Of a stretch of DNA of 64,000 nucleotides, positions 20,133 to 31,344 are shown one piece after another. The stretch lies in NCBI GenBank assembly GCA_026708965.1, contig JAPOTY010000015.1:642-64641 (forward strand), read 5' to 3'. Origin of the DNA: Gammaproteobacteria bacterium. Its GTDB lineage: Bacteria; Pseudomonadota; Gammaproteobacteria; Steroidobacterales; Foliamicaceae. The notes beneath the pieces are model-generated. The model was not told where the DNA came from and made no database searches. It saw only the letters and a program-made list of their open reading frames with translations. How positions within the stretch are numbered: position 1 is the first letter of the stretch; the number at the start of each line of letters is the position of its first letter. Both the position numbers and the translations under genes were made by a program.

Positions 20133-21136
20133 TATCTGGGCTGCCTCCGTATTTCTTCGGAATCGGAACGTTCGGCGAACGGCACGCGGTCCAGCCAGGA
20201 ACGCGCGTCGGCGGAAGTCTCGCTCGGCGCCTCCTGTATCGCCATGTGCCCCACGCCGGGATAAATGATAGTTTCAATCGAGGGCGCGCTCGCGAGCAGC
20301 CGCGCCAGTTCGGCTGCCAGCTCCACATGAACCTGCGGATTCTCCTCGCCCCATTGAATCAGCACCGGCGCGCGCACCTGTCCGATCAGGGCCTCGATAT
20401 CGCCGGAGATGTACTGGCGCAGCCGCTCAAGCTGCGCCGTCCGCTGCCCTTCGAGACGCCATAGGTCGTGCCAGCGGTCCACCAGCTCCGGGGCGACCTT
20501 CGCCGAATCGGCGAATCCGCCTTTCAGCATGAATTCCGGCAAGGCGCGCGGCGTGATCCAGCGCACCAGATCGACAGCCGGCGATATTTGCGGCGGCGCC
20601 CGGCGCCCGCGCACGCCGGGCTCCAGGGAACCGGGAGAGATCAGCACCAGGCCGGCCACGCGCTGCGGATGGCGCACCGCGTAGTGGATGGCCACGGTGC
20701 CGCCCAGCGATGTGCCCGCAATCGCGGCGCGCTCCACTCCGAGCTGGTCGAGAAGGCGCTCCATCAGCTCGACCGTGCGCGGCAGGCTGTAGTTGCCGGT
20801 GGCATCGGCGCCGCTCAGGCCATGGCCGGTCATATCGAAACGCACCACGCGATAGCGATCCTTGAGGGCCTCCACCCAGGGATCCCAGCCGATCAGGCTG
20901 GCGAAATTGGCGTGGATCAGCACCACCGGCGGCCCGGTCCCCTCATCGCGGTAATGAATGCGGGCGCCGTCGATCGCCGCGAAGCGCGAGGCCGACGAGG
21001 CGTAACGCGCTTCAAGCGTCTCCGCCGGAATATCGCGCCACACCCATGCCGCCGCCGCGAAAGCGACCAGCGCCAGCACTGCCAACCCCCCGGCCGTCCA
21101 GCCCAAGGCCAGCAAAATGCCGCGCATTATCCTCAT
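20132..21136 (-). CDS. Membrane-anchored alpha/beta hydrolase
   Basis: N-terminal TM, DMTGHGLS, nucleophile elbow GTSLGG, catalytic His in GVGHM. Confidence 0.9.
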   Translation of the reverse strand: MRIMRGILLALGWTAGGLAVLALVAFAAAAWVWRDIPAETLEARYASSASRFAAIDGARIHYRDEGTGPPVVLIHANFASLIGWDPWVEALKDRYRVVRFDMTGHGLSGADATGNYSLPRTVELMERLLDQLGVERAAIAGTSLGGTVAIHYAVRHPQRVAGLVLISPGSLEPGVRGRRAPPQISPAVDLVRWITPRALPEFMLKGGFADSAKVAPELVDRWHDLWRLEGQRTAQLERLRQYISGDIEALIGQVRAPVLIQWGEENPQVHVELAAELARLLASAPSIETIIYPGVGHMAIQEAPSETSADARSWLDRVPFAERSDSEEIRRQPR

Positions 21137-21153
21137 CGCGTTGGCTGTGGAGG

Positions 21154-21906
21154 CTAGCCCTCGGATGCGATCAGCAGCAGAGGGCCTTTGGAAACCACCA
21201 CGCCGCCGGCCTGTTCCAAGGTGACGGCGAATGCCGCCGGTTCCGCCACGGGAAGCTTGGCCTGCACCGCCACCACGGACTCTCCGGCCGGAGATACATC
21301 AAACACGCCGCCATCGACAGGGTTGTCGTAGCGGTCGGGATCAACAATCCAGAGCTGGTACTGCGCCACGCCAGGATCGTTCGGCGGCAGTCCGGAAAAA
21401 CGCATTTCGCCGGCCTGCAACGAATCGCTCCATAGAATCCGGCCCCGCACCTGCTCGTAGCCAGCGATATCGGAACTCCAAGGCAGGCTGACGCTATCCG
21501 CCGCGGCCTCGATCGCCTCGGAATCCATCAGCGGCTGCGGGCGCTGCAGCCATACCGCAGTGGCCAGCCACACCAGCATCATCGCCGCCGCGGCCGCCCA
21601 GCCCCAGCCGAAGCGCGCGGCCGGCCGAGGCCGGCGGGGCGCCTTGTCCGCAGCGCGGGCGCGGCCCATGGCGATCAGGCGGGCGCGCAGATCTTCGGGA
21701 ATGGCGCGCCAGCTTGCCCGGTCCCCGGCCAGAAAGGCCGCCTGCGCCAGAGCCGCCGCCTGCTCCATTTCCTCCCGTTCGCGGCGGCGCTCCGCGTGCG
21801 GCATCGACGCAAGCAGTTCCTTCAGCTCGAGCCATTCGGCGTCTTCAAGCCTTTCCCCGGCGGCCTCGCCCGCCAGCAATTCCCTCATTCGATCAATCGG
21901 AGCCAC
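21154..21906 (-). CDS. Anti-sigma factor (RskA family)
   Basis: Single TM; YQLWIVD, DGGVF, FAVTLEQAGG motifs; overlaps the sigma gene. Confidence 0.88.
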   Translation of the reverse strand: MAPIDRMRELLAGEAAGERLEDAEWLELKELLASMPHAERRREREEMEQAAALAQAAFLAGDRASWRAIPEDLRARLIAMGRARAADKAPRRPRPAARFGWGWAAAAAMMLVWLATAVWLQRPQPLMDSEAIEAAADSVSLPWSSDIAGYEQVRGRILWSDSLQAGEMRFSGLPPNDPGVAQYQLWIVDPDRYDNPVDGGVFDVSPAGESVVAVQAKLPVAEPAAFAVTLEQAGGVVVSKGPLLLIASEG

Positions 21907-22507
21907 GATGTCCTTCCTCCTGACTCAGTTTCAAGCCCCGGCGCAGACGGATCAGGCTGCGCCGTATTCGAGTTTTGACGGTACCCACAGGCATGCCCGA
22001 GCGTTTCGCAATCTCGCTATGTGAATAGCCTTCGTATAAGGATAAAGAAAGGATTTCCCTTTCGTTTTCGGACAAGTCGCCCAGCAACGGCTCAAGCCGG
22101 ACTGAATCAAGCAGCACCGCAAGCCCTCGCTCGCCATCCAGAGCCGGATCAGGCTCGTCGCCAATCAACGGAACACTGTCGGAAAATCTCGCTTCGTGGC
22201 GGATCTGGTCCACCATTCGCCGACGCGCAACGGTGAGCACAAAGGTCAGCTCGCTGCCCCGTCCGGGCGAATAGCGGCCGGCGGACGACCACAGCGACAG
22301 GAACGCCTCCTGAACCGACTCCGCCGCCAGCGGCGATGCGCCGAAATAGCGCCGCGCCAGCGACCAGACCAGGTCGCCGTAGGTGTCCACGAGGTCCGTC
22401 ATGGCCTGAGGATCGCCACTGGCGACCCGTTCAAGGATCGGGGTATCCGGCACCCCGTCCGAAGAGGTGCCCGGCGGCGTTGTCCGGTCTGTCACTCTAT
22501 CGTCCAA
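21893..22507 (-). CDS. ECF sigma-70 factor (SigK-like)
   Basis: Region 2 VQEAFLSLW..ARRRMVD; region 4 GYSHSEIA..PVGTVKTRIRR. Confidence 0.92.
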   Translation of the reverse strand: MDDRVTDRTTPPGTSSDGVPDTPILERVASGDPQAMTDLVDTYGDLVWSLARRYFGASPLAAESVQEAFLSLWSSAGRYSPGRGSELTFVLTVARRRMVDQIRHEARFSDSVPLIGDEPDPALDGERGLAVLLDSVRLEPLLGDLSENEREILSLSLYEGYSHSEIAKRSGMPVGTVKTRIRRSLIRLRRGLKLSQEEGHRGSD

Positions 22508-22665
22508 AATCTTGCGGCGCCAATAAACACAGGCATTGTATTCCTAAACCGCAGAAGAATCGCGGCTAGGCATCGGCCGGCCGGGCAATCCGGTTAGCGC
22601 AATTGACGCTTCCGCGTAGCGATGGCATAGACTGGCGCTCAGACAACTCCGGGGATGGACCCATC

Positions 22666-24440
<1,775 letters not shown>

Positions 24441-24511
24441 TCCCCGCGCACGAGGATTTTCAGCTCTCGATCCTCCAAAGCTGGGCGCTTCGATCCCGCC
24501 AGTTCTTGCCC

Positions 24512-24613
24512 CTTCTCCGTCCCCTTTCTCGCGGGAGTGTCGGCGGCAGGATAGCCGCCGCCAAGCCCCATGGATGGGTTCATGCGTCTCCCGCGAGAAA
24601 GGGGACGGAGAAG
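24512..24613. repeat. Palindromic mini-element copy A (26-bp perfect inverted arms)
   Basis: Arms 24512-24537 and 24588-24613; core ccaagccccatggatgggttcatgcgt. Confidence 0.9.
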
Positions 24614-24713
24614 AGGCGGGTTCAACGCGTCTCCTGCGGCAAAGGGGCGGGGGAAGCACGCATTCCTCAAGGCGTGGTATAAACGCGGCGAATCCTGCTC
24701 ACGGAGAAAATGC

Positions 24714-25211
24714 ATGAACTCGGCACCCCGAATCCACAATATCGTCAAGCGCACCACGCTCATCGTGCGCGATATGGAAAAAAGCCGCCGCTGGTACGAA
24801 TACGTGCTCGGCATGTCCGCTTGGATCGATATGCCGTACACGCTGTCCGGCGAAGGCATCGCCGCAGGCAAGAAAGGCGACGTGACGCATTTGGTGATTA
24901 TGAAATGCGAGGACCCCAAAATCGGCATGATCGGGCTGCTGCACTGGGTCGATCCGCCGCTGCCGGCCCCGGAAATCCCCACTTCGGTGGGCTACGGCAC
25001 GCCGGTGTTCGTGGTGGAAACCGAGGATGCCGCCGAGGTGGCCCGGCGCGCGGCGGAACTCGGCACACGAGTGCATATGCCGGGACGCAACTTCACGGTT
25101 ACCGGCTCGCGGGGCGAGACGCGCCACCTTCTAGGCTGCGCGATCTTCGATCCGGACGGCTATTTCTTCGAATGCAACCAAGTGCTGCGCATCGACGAAC
25201 CCGAATCATGA
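24714..25211 (+). CDS. VOC/glyoxalase family protein
   Basis: [29 protein letters not shown]. Confidence 0.88.
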   Translation: MNSAPRIHNIVKRTTLIVRDMEKSRRWYEYVLGMSAWIDMPYTLSGEGIAAGKKGDVTHLVIMKCEDPKIGMIGLLHWVDPPLPAPEIPTSVGYGTPVFVVETEDAAEVARRAAELGTRVHMPGRNFTVTGSRGETRHLLGCAIFDPDGYFFECNQVLRIDEPES

Positions 25212-25215
25212 GGAA

Positions 25216-26022
25216 ATGATTGAATATCCCGGATTCGATCCTGTGGCCCTGCGGATCGGGCCGCTGGCCATTCGCTGGTACGGCCTCACGTACCTGATGG
25301 GATTCTTCGCCGCCTGGTGGCTGGGGCAGCGCCGCAGCCGACGGCCCGGCGGCGTTTTCACTCCCGTCATGGTCCAGGATCTGATCTTCTATTGCTTCCT
25401 CGGGGTGATCGCGGGCGGCCGCTTGGGCTACGTGTTGTTTTACGGCTGGGGGCAGGCGCTCGCCGATCCGCTCTATATCGTGCGCATCTGGGAGGGCGGC
25501 ATGTCCTTTCATGGCGGATTGCTGGGCGTGTGTGTGGCTGCGCTCATGTTTGCGCGCAAGCACTCCAGAACGTTCGTTGATGTGGCGGATTTCGTGGTTC
25601 CCCTGGTTCCCATCGGCCTAGGCGCCGGACGGATCGGCAATTTCATCAACAACGAACTGTGGGGCAAGCCCGCCGATGTGCCTTGGGCCTTCGTGGTGGA
25701 CGGCGTCGCGCGTCATCCAACGCAGCTCTACGAGGCGCTGCTGGAAGGCCTAGTGCTGTTCGCGGCGCTGTGGTGGTACACCCGGGAGCGCGAGCCGGGC
25801 GCGGCGGCGGCGAAGCACGGGGGTGCGACCGGGCTGTTTTTGGCCGGCTACGGCATTTCCCGGCTGCTGGTGGAATTCCTGCGGCTGCCGGACGAGCACT
25901 TGGGGTATCTGGCCTTTGGCTGGCTGACCATGGGGCAGATCCTGAGCCTGCCCATGATCGGCTTTGGCCTGTGGATGCTTGCGCGGCGGGTTGAGCGCCC
26001 GGCCGTTCGGCGTTCCGGCTGA
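25216..26022 (+). CDS. lgt: Prolipoprotein diacylglyceryl transferase
   Basis: [33 protein letters not shown]. Confidence 0.97.
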   Translation: MIEYPGFDPVALRIGPLAIRWYGLTYLMGFFAAWWLGQRRSRRPGGVFTPVMVQDLIFYCFLGVIAGGRLGYVLFYGWGQALADPLYIVRIWEGGMSFHGGLLGVCVAALMFARKHSRTFVDVADFVVPLVPIGLGAGRIGNFINNELWGKPADVPWAFVVDGVARHPTQLYEALLEGLVLFAALWWYTREREPGAAAAKHGGATGLFLAGYGISRLLVEFLRLPDEHLGYLAFGWLTMGQILSLPMIGFGLWMLARRVERPAVRRSG

Positions 26023-26025
26023 ACC

Positions 26026-26820
26026 ATGCGCCAGTACCTCGATCTTCTGGGTGAGGTGCTGGAATGCGGCGTGGAACGCCATGACCGCACCGGAACCGGC
26101 ACCCGGGCGCTGTTCGGCCGGCAGATGCGCTTCGACCTGGCCGAAGGCTTCCCCATGCTCACCACCAAGAAGCTGCCGCTGCGCGTGATTGCGGTGGAGC
26201 TGCTGTGGTTTTTGCGCGGAGGCACCAATATCAAATGGCTGCAGGAGCGGGGCGTGAAAATCTGGAACGAATGGGCCGACGCGGACGGCAATCTCGGGCC
26301 GGTCTATGGAGCCCAGTGGCGGGCCTGGCCCGACGGCAACGGCGGCGCAATCGACCAGGTGGGGCTGGCGCTTGAGACCATCCGCAAAAACCCGCACTCG
26401 CGGAGAATCATTATCAATGCCTGGAACGTGGCCCAGATCCCGCAGATGAAACTCCCGCCCTGCCACCTGATGCTGCAATTGCATGTGAGCGGCGGCAGGC
26501 TTTCCGGCCAGCTCTATCAGCGCAGCGCCGATCTGTTCCTGGGCGTGCCTTTCAATATCGCCTCCTACGCCCTGCTGCTGAGCATGATGGCGGCGCAAAC
26601 CGGCCTTGAGCCCGGCGAATTCATCTGGACCGGCGGCGACTGCCATCTCTACAGCAACCACTGTCCGCAGGCCCGCGAGCAGCTTGCGCGCGCGCCCCGC
26701 CCCCTTCCCAAGCTCGAAATCAACGCTGCGAGGCAGTCCATCGACGACTACGCGGAAACCGACTTCACACTCGTCGGCTACGATCCGCATCCGCATATTC
26801 CGGCGCCGATTTCGGTATGA
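26026..26820 (+). CDS. thyA: Thymidylate synthase
   Basis: [30 protein letters not shown]. Confidence 0.98.
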   Translation: MRQYLDLLGEVLECGVERHDRTGTGTRALFGRQMRFDLAEGFPMLTTKKLPLRVIAVELLWFLRGGTNIKWLQERGVKIWNEWADADGNLGPVYGAQWRAWPDGNGGAIDQVGLALETIRKNPHSRRIIINAWNVAQIPQMKLPPCHLMLQLHVSGGRLSGQLYQRSADLFLGVPFNIASYALLLSMMAAQTGLEPGEFIWTGGDCHLYSNHCPQAREQLARAPRPLPKLEINAARQSIDDYAETDFTLVGYDPHPHIPAPISV

Positions 26821-26947
26821 ATCAAAAGAACCGGGAGAACAAAATGAGCAACAAGCCAGAAGCCGCAACGATGAAGCCCAGGGACATGCAACGGCGGATC
26901 GCGGAGTTCATGAAAAACCGCAGGCCGGCCGCCTCGGAGGCCGGCGA

Positions 26948-26951
<4 letters not shown>
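26817..26951 (+). CDS. Putative small protein (44 aa, or 35 aa from ATG 26844)
   Basis: ATGA overlap with both the thyA stop and the apaG start; GGGAG RBS before ATG 26844. Confidence 0.5.
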
Positions 26952-27319
<368 letters not shown>

Positions 27320-27342
27320 ATTGCGGCCTTCCTTTTCCGCCG

Positions 27343-27360
27343 CCCTCCTTCGAAGGAGGG
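27343..27360. terminator. Perfect 18-bp palindrome between apaG and apaH (hairpin)
   Basis: ccctccttcgaaggaggg, flanked by ttttcc / ggaaaa. Confidence 0.4.
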
Positions 27361-27417
27361 GCAGGAAAACAACACTGCGGCCTGATCACGCCGAAGTCGC
27401 GTAGGCAGGCCCCCTTA

Positions 27418-28215
27418 ATGGCAGTCTGGGCGGTAGGCGATGTGCAGGGGTGCCTAGAGCCGCTGGACGCGCTTCTTGAGCGCATCGCTTTCGATCCGGC
27501 ATCCGACACGCTGTGGTTGTGCGGCGACCTGGTCAACCGCGGACCTGATTCCCTAGGCGTGCTGGCCCGCGTGCGCGAATTGGGTTCCGCCGCGATCGTA
27601 GTGCTCGGCAATCACGATCTGCACTGGCTGGCACGCAACTGGGAGAAACCGGAAACCACGATCGGCAAGCATGTCGAATGGCTTCGCCGGCAACCGCTGG
27701 CGCATTACGACCATTCGCTGGACTGCCTGATGGTGCATGCCGGCGTTTACCCGGGCTGGGATCTCGAACAAACCCTCGCCCGCTCCAGGGAGGTGCAAGA
27801 AGCGCTTGAGGGTCAAGGGTATGGTGCTTTTCTCGGCAATATGTACGGCGACTCGCCTAATCGCTGGAGCAGCGATCTCGATGGCATCAGGCGCCTCAGG
27901 ACGATTGTGAATGCGCTTACGCGCATGCGCATGATCGACGAGCAGGGACGCATGGACTTCGCTTTCAAGCGCCCGCCCGGACAGCAGCCTCCCTATCTGG
28001 CGCCATGGTTCACCCGCCCTTCGAGGCTGCCGCCAAAAACCCGGACAGTGTTCGGCCACTGGTCCGCGCTGGGGCACTTCTCCAGCGACCGGCTCGTGGC
28101 GTTGGATTCCGGATGCGTGTGGGGCGGATCGCTGACCGCCGTTCGCCTGGACGGACGCCCCGAAACCGTCCGCGTCCGCTGCCCTAGGGGAGGAAGGCGG
28201 CACGAACTTAGGTAG
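27418..28215 (+). CDS. apaH: Symmetrical bis(5'-nucleosyl)-tetraphosphatase
   Basis: GDVQGC, GDLVNRGPDS, LGNHD, VHAG, FGHWSAL, LDSGCVWG. Confidence 0.96.
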   Translation: MAVWAVGDVQGCLEPLDALLERIAFDPASDTLWLCGDLVNRGPDSLGVLARVRELGSAAIVVLGNHDLHWLARNWEKPETTIGKHVEWLRRQPLAHYDHSLDCLMVHAGVYPGWDLEQTLARSREVQEALEGQGYGAFLGNMYGDSPNRWSSDLDGIRRLRTIVNALTRMRMIDEQGRMDFAFKRPPGQQPPYLAPWFTRPSRLPPKTRTVFGHWSALGHFSSDRLVALDSGCVWGGSLTAVRLDGRPETVRVRCPRGGRRHELR

Positions 28216-28969
28216 GGGCAAGCTGTTCCGCCAGACTTGCGAATTCCGCCGCCGCAATCTGCTCCGGGCGCTGTGACGGATCAATCCCGGCGGCCCTGAT
28301 CTCCTCTTTGGAAGCCATCGCCCGCAAGGCATTGGCGATCGTCTTGCGGCGCTGCGAAAAAGCCTGGCGGACCAACCGCTCGAAAACCTCCGGCGCCTCA
28401 ACGCGCAAACCCGAATCCGGGACCAGCCGCACCACCGCCGACTCCACCTTCGGCTGCGGCCGAAAAGCCTCGCGGCCCACAGCAAGGCACCACTCCGGTC
28501 GGCAGCGCGATGACGCCATGACCGTCAGCCGTCCATACCGGCGGCTGCCCGGCGGCGCGCAAAGACGCTCGGCCACTTCGCGCTGAAGCATCACGGTGAT
28601 ATCCCGGAAAATGCCGGCAAACTCCAGCAAGCGAAACAGCAACGGCGTGCTCAGATAGTACGGAAGATTGCCAATCAACCGCAGGTCCGCCGCCGCCACG
28701 CTGGCGTAATCAAATTCGAGCGCGTCCGCCACGTGAACCGTCATCCGTTCGTCGGGCCAGCGGCCGCGAAGCCAGCCGGCAAGCGCCGAGTCGATCTCCA
28801 CGGCATCAACGATGGCGCCGGCATCCAGCAGCGGTCCCGTCATGGCGCCGCGGCCCGGGCCGATCTCCACGAATCGCTCGCCGGGCAGCGGCCGCGCGAT
28901 TTCAAGGATTTCATCGACCACATGCGGATCGACCAGGAAATGCTGGCCGAGGCTCACGCGCCGGCTCAT
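28208..28969 (-). CDS. rsmA: 16S rRNA A1518/A1519 dimethyltransferase
   Basis: LGQHFL, EIGPGRG, GNLPY, MLQREVAER. Confidence 0.97.
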   Translation of the reverse strand: MSRRVSLGQHFLVDPHVVDEILEIARPLPGERFVEIGPGRGAMTGPLLDAGAIVDAVEIDSALAGWLRGRWPDERMTVHVADALEFDYASVAAADLRLIGNLPYYLSTPLLFRLLEFAGIFRDITVMLQREVAERLCAPPGSRRYGRLTVMASSRCRPEWCLAVGREAFRPQPKVESAVVRLVPDSGLRVEAPEVFERLVRQAFSQRRKTIANALRAMASKEEIRAAGIDPSQRPEQIAAAEFASLAEQLAPT

Positions 28970-28978
28970 GAAACCGGC

Positions 28979-30016
28979 TCAGTTTCGCGCCGGCGGCGCG
29001 GAGCTTCTGCGCTTGGCCATGCGCGCGGCGGCGGCCACCGCCTCCAGCAGGCTGCCTTCGTCGGCCCGCCCCGTTCCGGCCAGCTCGAATGCGGTGCCAT
29101 GATCGACGGAAGTGCGCACGAAAGGCAAACCCAGCGTCACGTTCACAGCCCGTCCAAAGCCCGCGTATTTGATCACCGGCAGGCCCTGATCGTGATACAT
29201 CGCCAGCACGGCGTCGAAACGTGACAGGACCGCAGGCGTAAAGGCGGTGTCCGCAGCCATGGGGCCTTCCACCCGCGCACTGCCGAAATCGGCGACGGCG
29301 CGAGCCACCACGTCCTGGTCCTCGCTGCCCAGCTCCCCCTGCTCGCCGGCATGCGGATTCAGACCCAGCACCGCGACACGAGGCCGGGCGATTCCAAGAT
29401 CGCGTTCCAGGCCCTCCAGCAGCACTGCGAGGACCGCGCGCAGACGGTGGCGGGTAATGGCGGCGGGCACTGCGCTGAGCGGCAGATGAGTGGTGGCCAG
29501 GGCCACGCGCAGCGGAGCGCGCCCGGGGCTGGCCTCGCAGGCCAGCAGCATGACCGGCGCGGGCGCCCCGGCCAGCCGCGCCAGGTGCTCCGTATGCCCC
29601 ATGAAATCGAGGCCCGCGCGCCGCAGCACCGCCTTGTTGACCGGTCCGGTCACCAGCGCATCGAACTCTCCGTTCAGGCATCCCTTGGCGCCGCGATCAA
29701 TCGCCTGAAGAACGGCGGCGGCATTGCGCGGATCGGCGCTGCCCGGCGAGCAGCGGCGGGCCAGCGGAATCGGCTCCAGGCTCAACCCGCCCGGGCGGGC
29801 GGGCGAATCGCAGGCCTGGAACTCAAGGCCGAGCAGGCGCGCGCGCGCGCTGAGCAACTCCGGATCGGCGAGCAGCACCACGCTTAAATCGCGCATTCGA
29901 GGGACCGCCCTGATCACGATATCCGGGCCAATGCCGGCCGGTTCGCCGACGCTGATCGCGATTCGGACTACTGTTTGTATTCCACGAAGGCTTCGGCGCG
30001 CAGCCGCTGCAGCCAA
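28979..30016 (-). CDS. pdxA: 4-hydroxythreonine-4-phosphate dehydrogenase
   Basis: GEPAGIGPD, GHTE, LNPHAGE, MYHDQGL, RTSVDHGTA. Start uncertain. Confidence 0.95.
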   Translation of the reverse strand: MAAAAARRSLRGIQTVVRIAISVGEPAGIGPDIVIRAVPRMRDLSVVLLADPELLSARARLLGLEFQACDSPARPGGLSLEPIPLARRCSPGSADPRNAAAVLQAIDRGAKGCLNGEFDALVTGPVNKAVLRRAGLDFMGHTEHLARLAGAPAPVMLLACEASPGRAPLRVALATTHLPLSAVPAAITRHRLRAVLAVLLEGLERDLGIARPRVAVLGLNPHAGEQGELGSEDQDVVARAVADFGSARVEGPMAADTAFTPAVLSRFDAVLAMYHDQGLPVIKYAGFGRAVNVTLGLPFVRTSVDHGTAFELAGTGRADEGSLLEAVAAAARMAKRRSSAPPARN

Positions 30017-31344
30017 AGCTGGGTTTCCTCCTGCACCTTGCGCTCGCGCAAAGCCAGGGCGGCACGCGAACGGCGCACCTCATCGCTCACGTCCTGCATG
30101 CGAACGCCGGACCGCTGTGCGATATGCCAGCCGAAGGAACTGCGGATCGGCTCGCTGATCTCGCCGTCTTCGAGCTCAGCCACCCCGGCGGCGAAGGCCG
30201 GATCGAGGTCCCCCGGCGAAACCCAGCCCAGCATCCCGCCCTCGCCGGCCGATCCAGGGTCCGCGGAGTAGGCGCGAGCCATGGCCGAAAAGCTCTCCCC
30301 CGCCACGATCTGCGCCCGGAGCTCGTCCAGTTCCCGCCGCGTGGCGTCGCTGTCGCGGATTTCGTTCGGCTGCAACAGAATATGGCGCACTTGCCATTGC
30401 TCCTCGATGATCGGTTCGCCGCCGCGCACCTCATCAAGGCGCACCACATGCACTCCGCTGCCGGTGGTGATCAGTTCGGCGAGGCCGCCCGGCTCAAGCT
30501 GCGTGACGTGCGCCACAAATGCGGTGGGCAGCGCATTGCGCTTGCGCCAGCCAAGGCTGCCGCCCTGCAGCGCGTTTTGCGCCTCGGAATAGGCGATCGC
30601 CAACTCGGCGAAGTTCTCCCCCTCCAGCACGCGCTCACGAAGCTTCCCGGCCCTCTCGCGGGCCGCCTCCCGCTGCCCGGCGGTTGCATTGAGCGGCACG
30701 CCGATAAGAATATGCGAAACGCTGTACTCCCGGTTGGCGCTTTCCCCGCCTTCCGCGCCGCGCAGGAAATCATCCACTTCGCGGGGATTAAGAAAAACCC
30801 GCGCCACAACATCGCGCTGCCTGAGCGTGTCGAGAACAATCTGGCTGCGCAGTTCCTCGCGGTACTGCGCGTAGTCGAGGCCCTGCTCCTCCAGCGCCTC
30901 GGGCAGTTCGCTGAGCGGCACATCGTTCTGCCGGGCCACGAATTCCAGCGCCTGGTTCACTTGCTCGTCGGAAATTTCGATGCCCATGCGACCGGCGCGC
31001 TGTTTTTGGATTTCCCGCAGCACCAGCCGCTCAAGCACCTGGGCGCGAAGCACATTGGACGGCGGTGAACGCAGCCCCTGGGCCCGGATATTGGCCCGCA
31101 CCGCCGCCAGTTCCCGATCCAGCTCGCTGTTGAGAACCACGCCGTCATTCACCACCGCCACGATGCCTTCAAGCAGGGTTTCGGATCGACCCAGTTGGGC
31201 GCTGGCGGGCGAGAACAGCATGGCTGCAAGCAACGGCAGCGCCGCCCACCGGGCGCAGCGCGCGGCAGCGGGAAAATGCGCTTGCCGATCTCGAAGCGGG
31301 CTCATGGCGCTGGCCGGTTTATGGGGCTTGTTGGCACTGGTCAT
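29968..31344 (-). CDS. surA: Periplasmic chaperone/PPIase SurA
   Basis: IVAVVND N-domain, two parvulin domains (SHILI, RHILL, GG.LGW); lies between lptD and pdxA. Confidence 0.93.
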   Translation of the reverse strand: MTSANKPHKPASAMSPLRDRQAHFPAAARCARWAALPLLAAMLFSPASAQLGRSETLLEGIVAVVNDGVVLNSELDRELAAVRANIRAQGLRSPPSNVLRAQVLERLVLREIQKQRAGRMGIEISDEQVNQALEFVARQNDVPLSELPEALEEQGLDYAQYREELRSQIVLDTLRQRDVVARVFLNPREVDDFLRGAEGGESANREYSVSHILIGVPLNATAGQREAARERAGKLRERVLEGENFAELAIAYSEAQNALQGGSLGWRKRNALPTAFVAHVTQLEPGGLAELITTGSGVHVVRLDEVRGGEPIIEEQWQVRHILLQPNEIRDSDATRRELDELRAQIVAGESFSAMARAYSADPGSAGEGGMLGWVSPGDLDPAFAAGVAELEDGEISEPIRSSFGWHIAQRSGVRMQDVSDEVRRSRAALALRERKVQEETQLWLQRLRAEAFVEYKQ

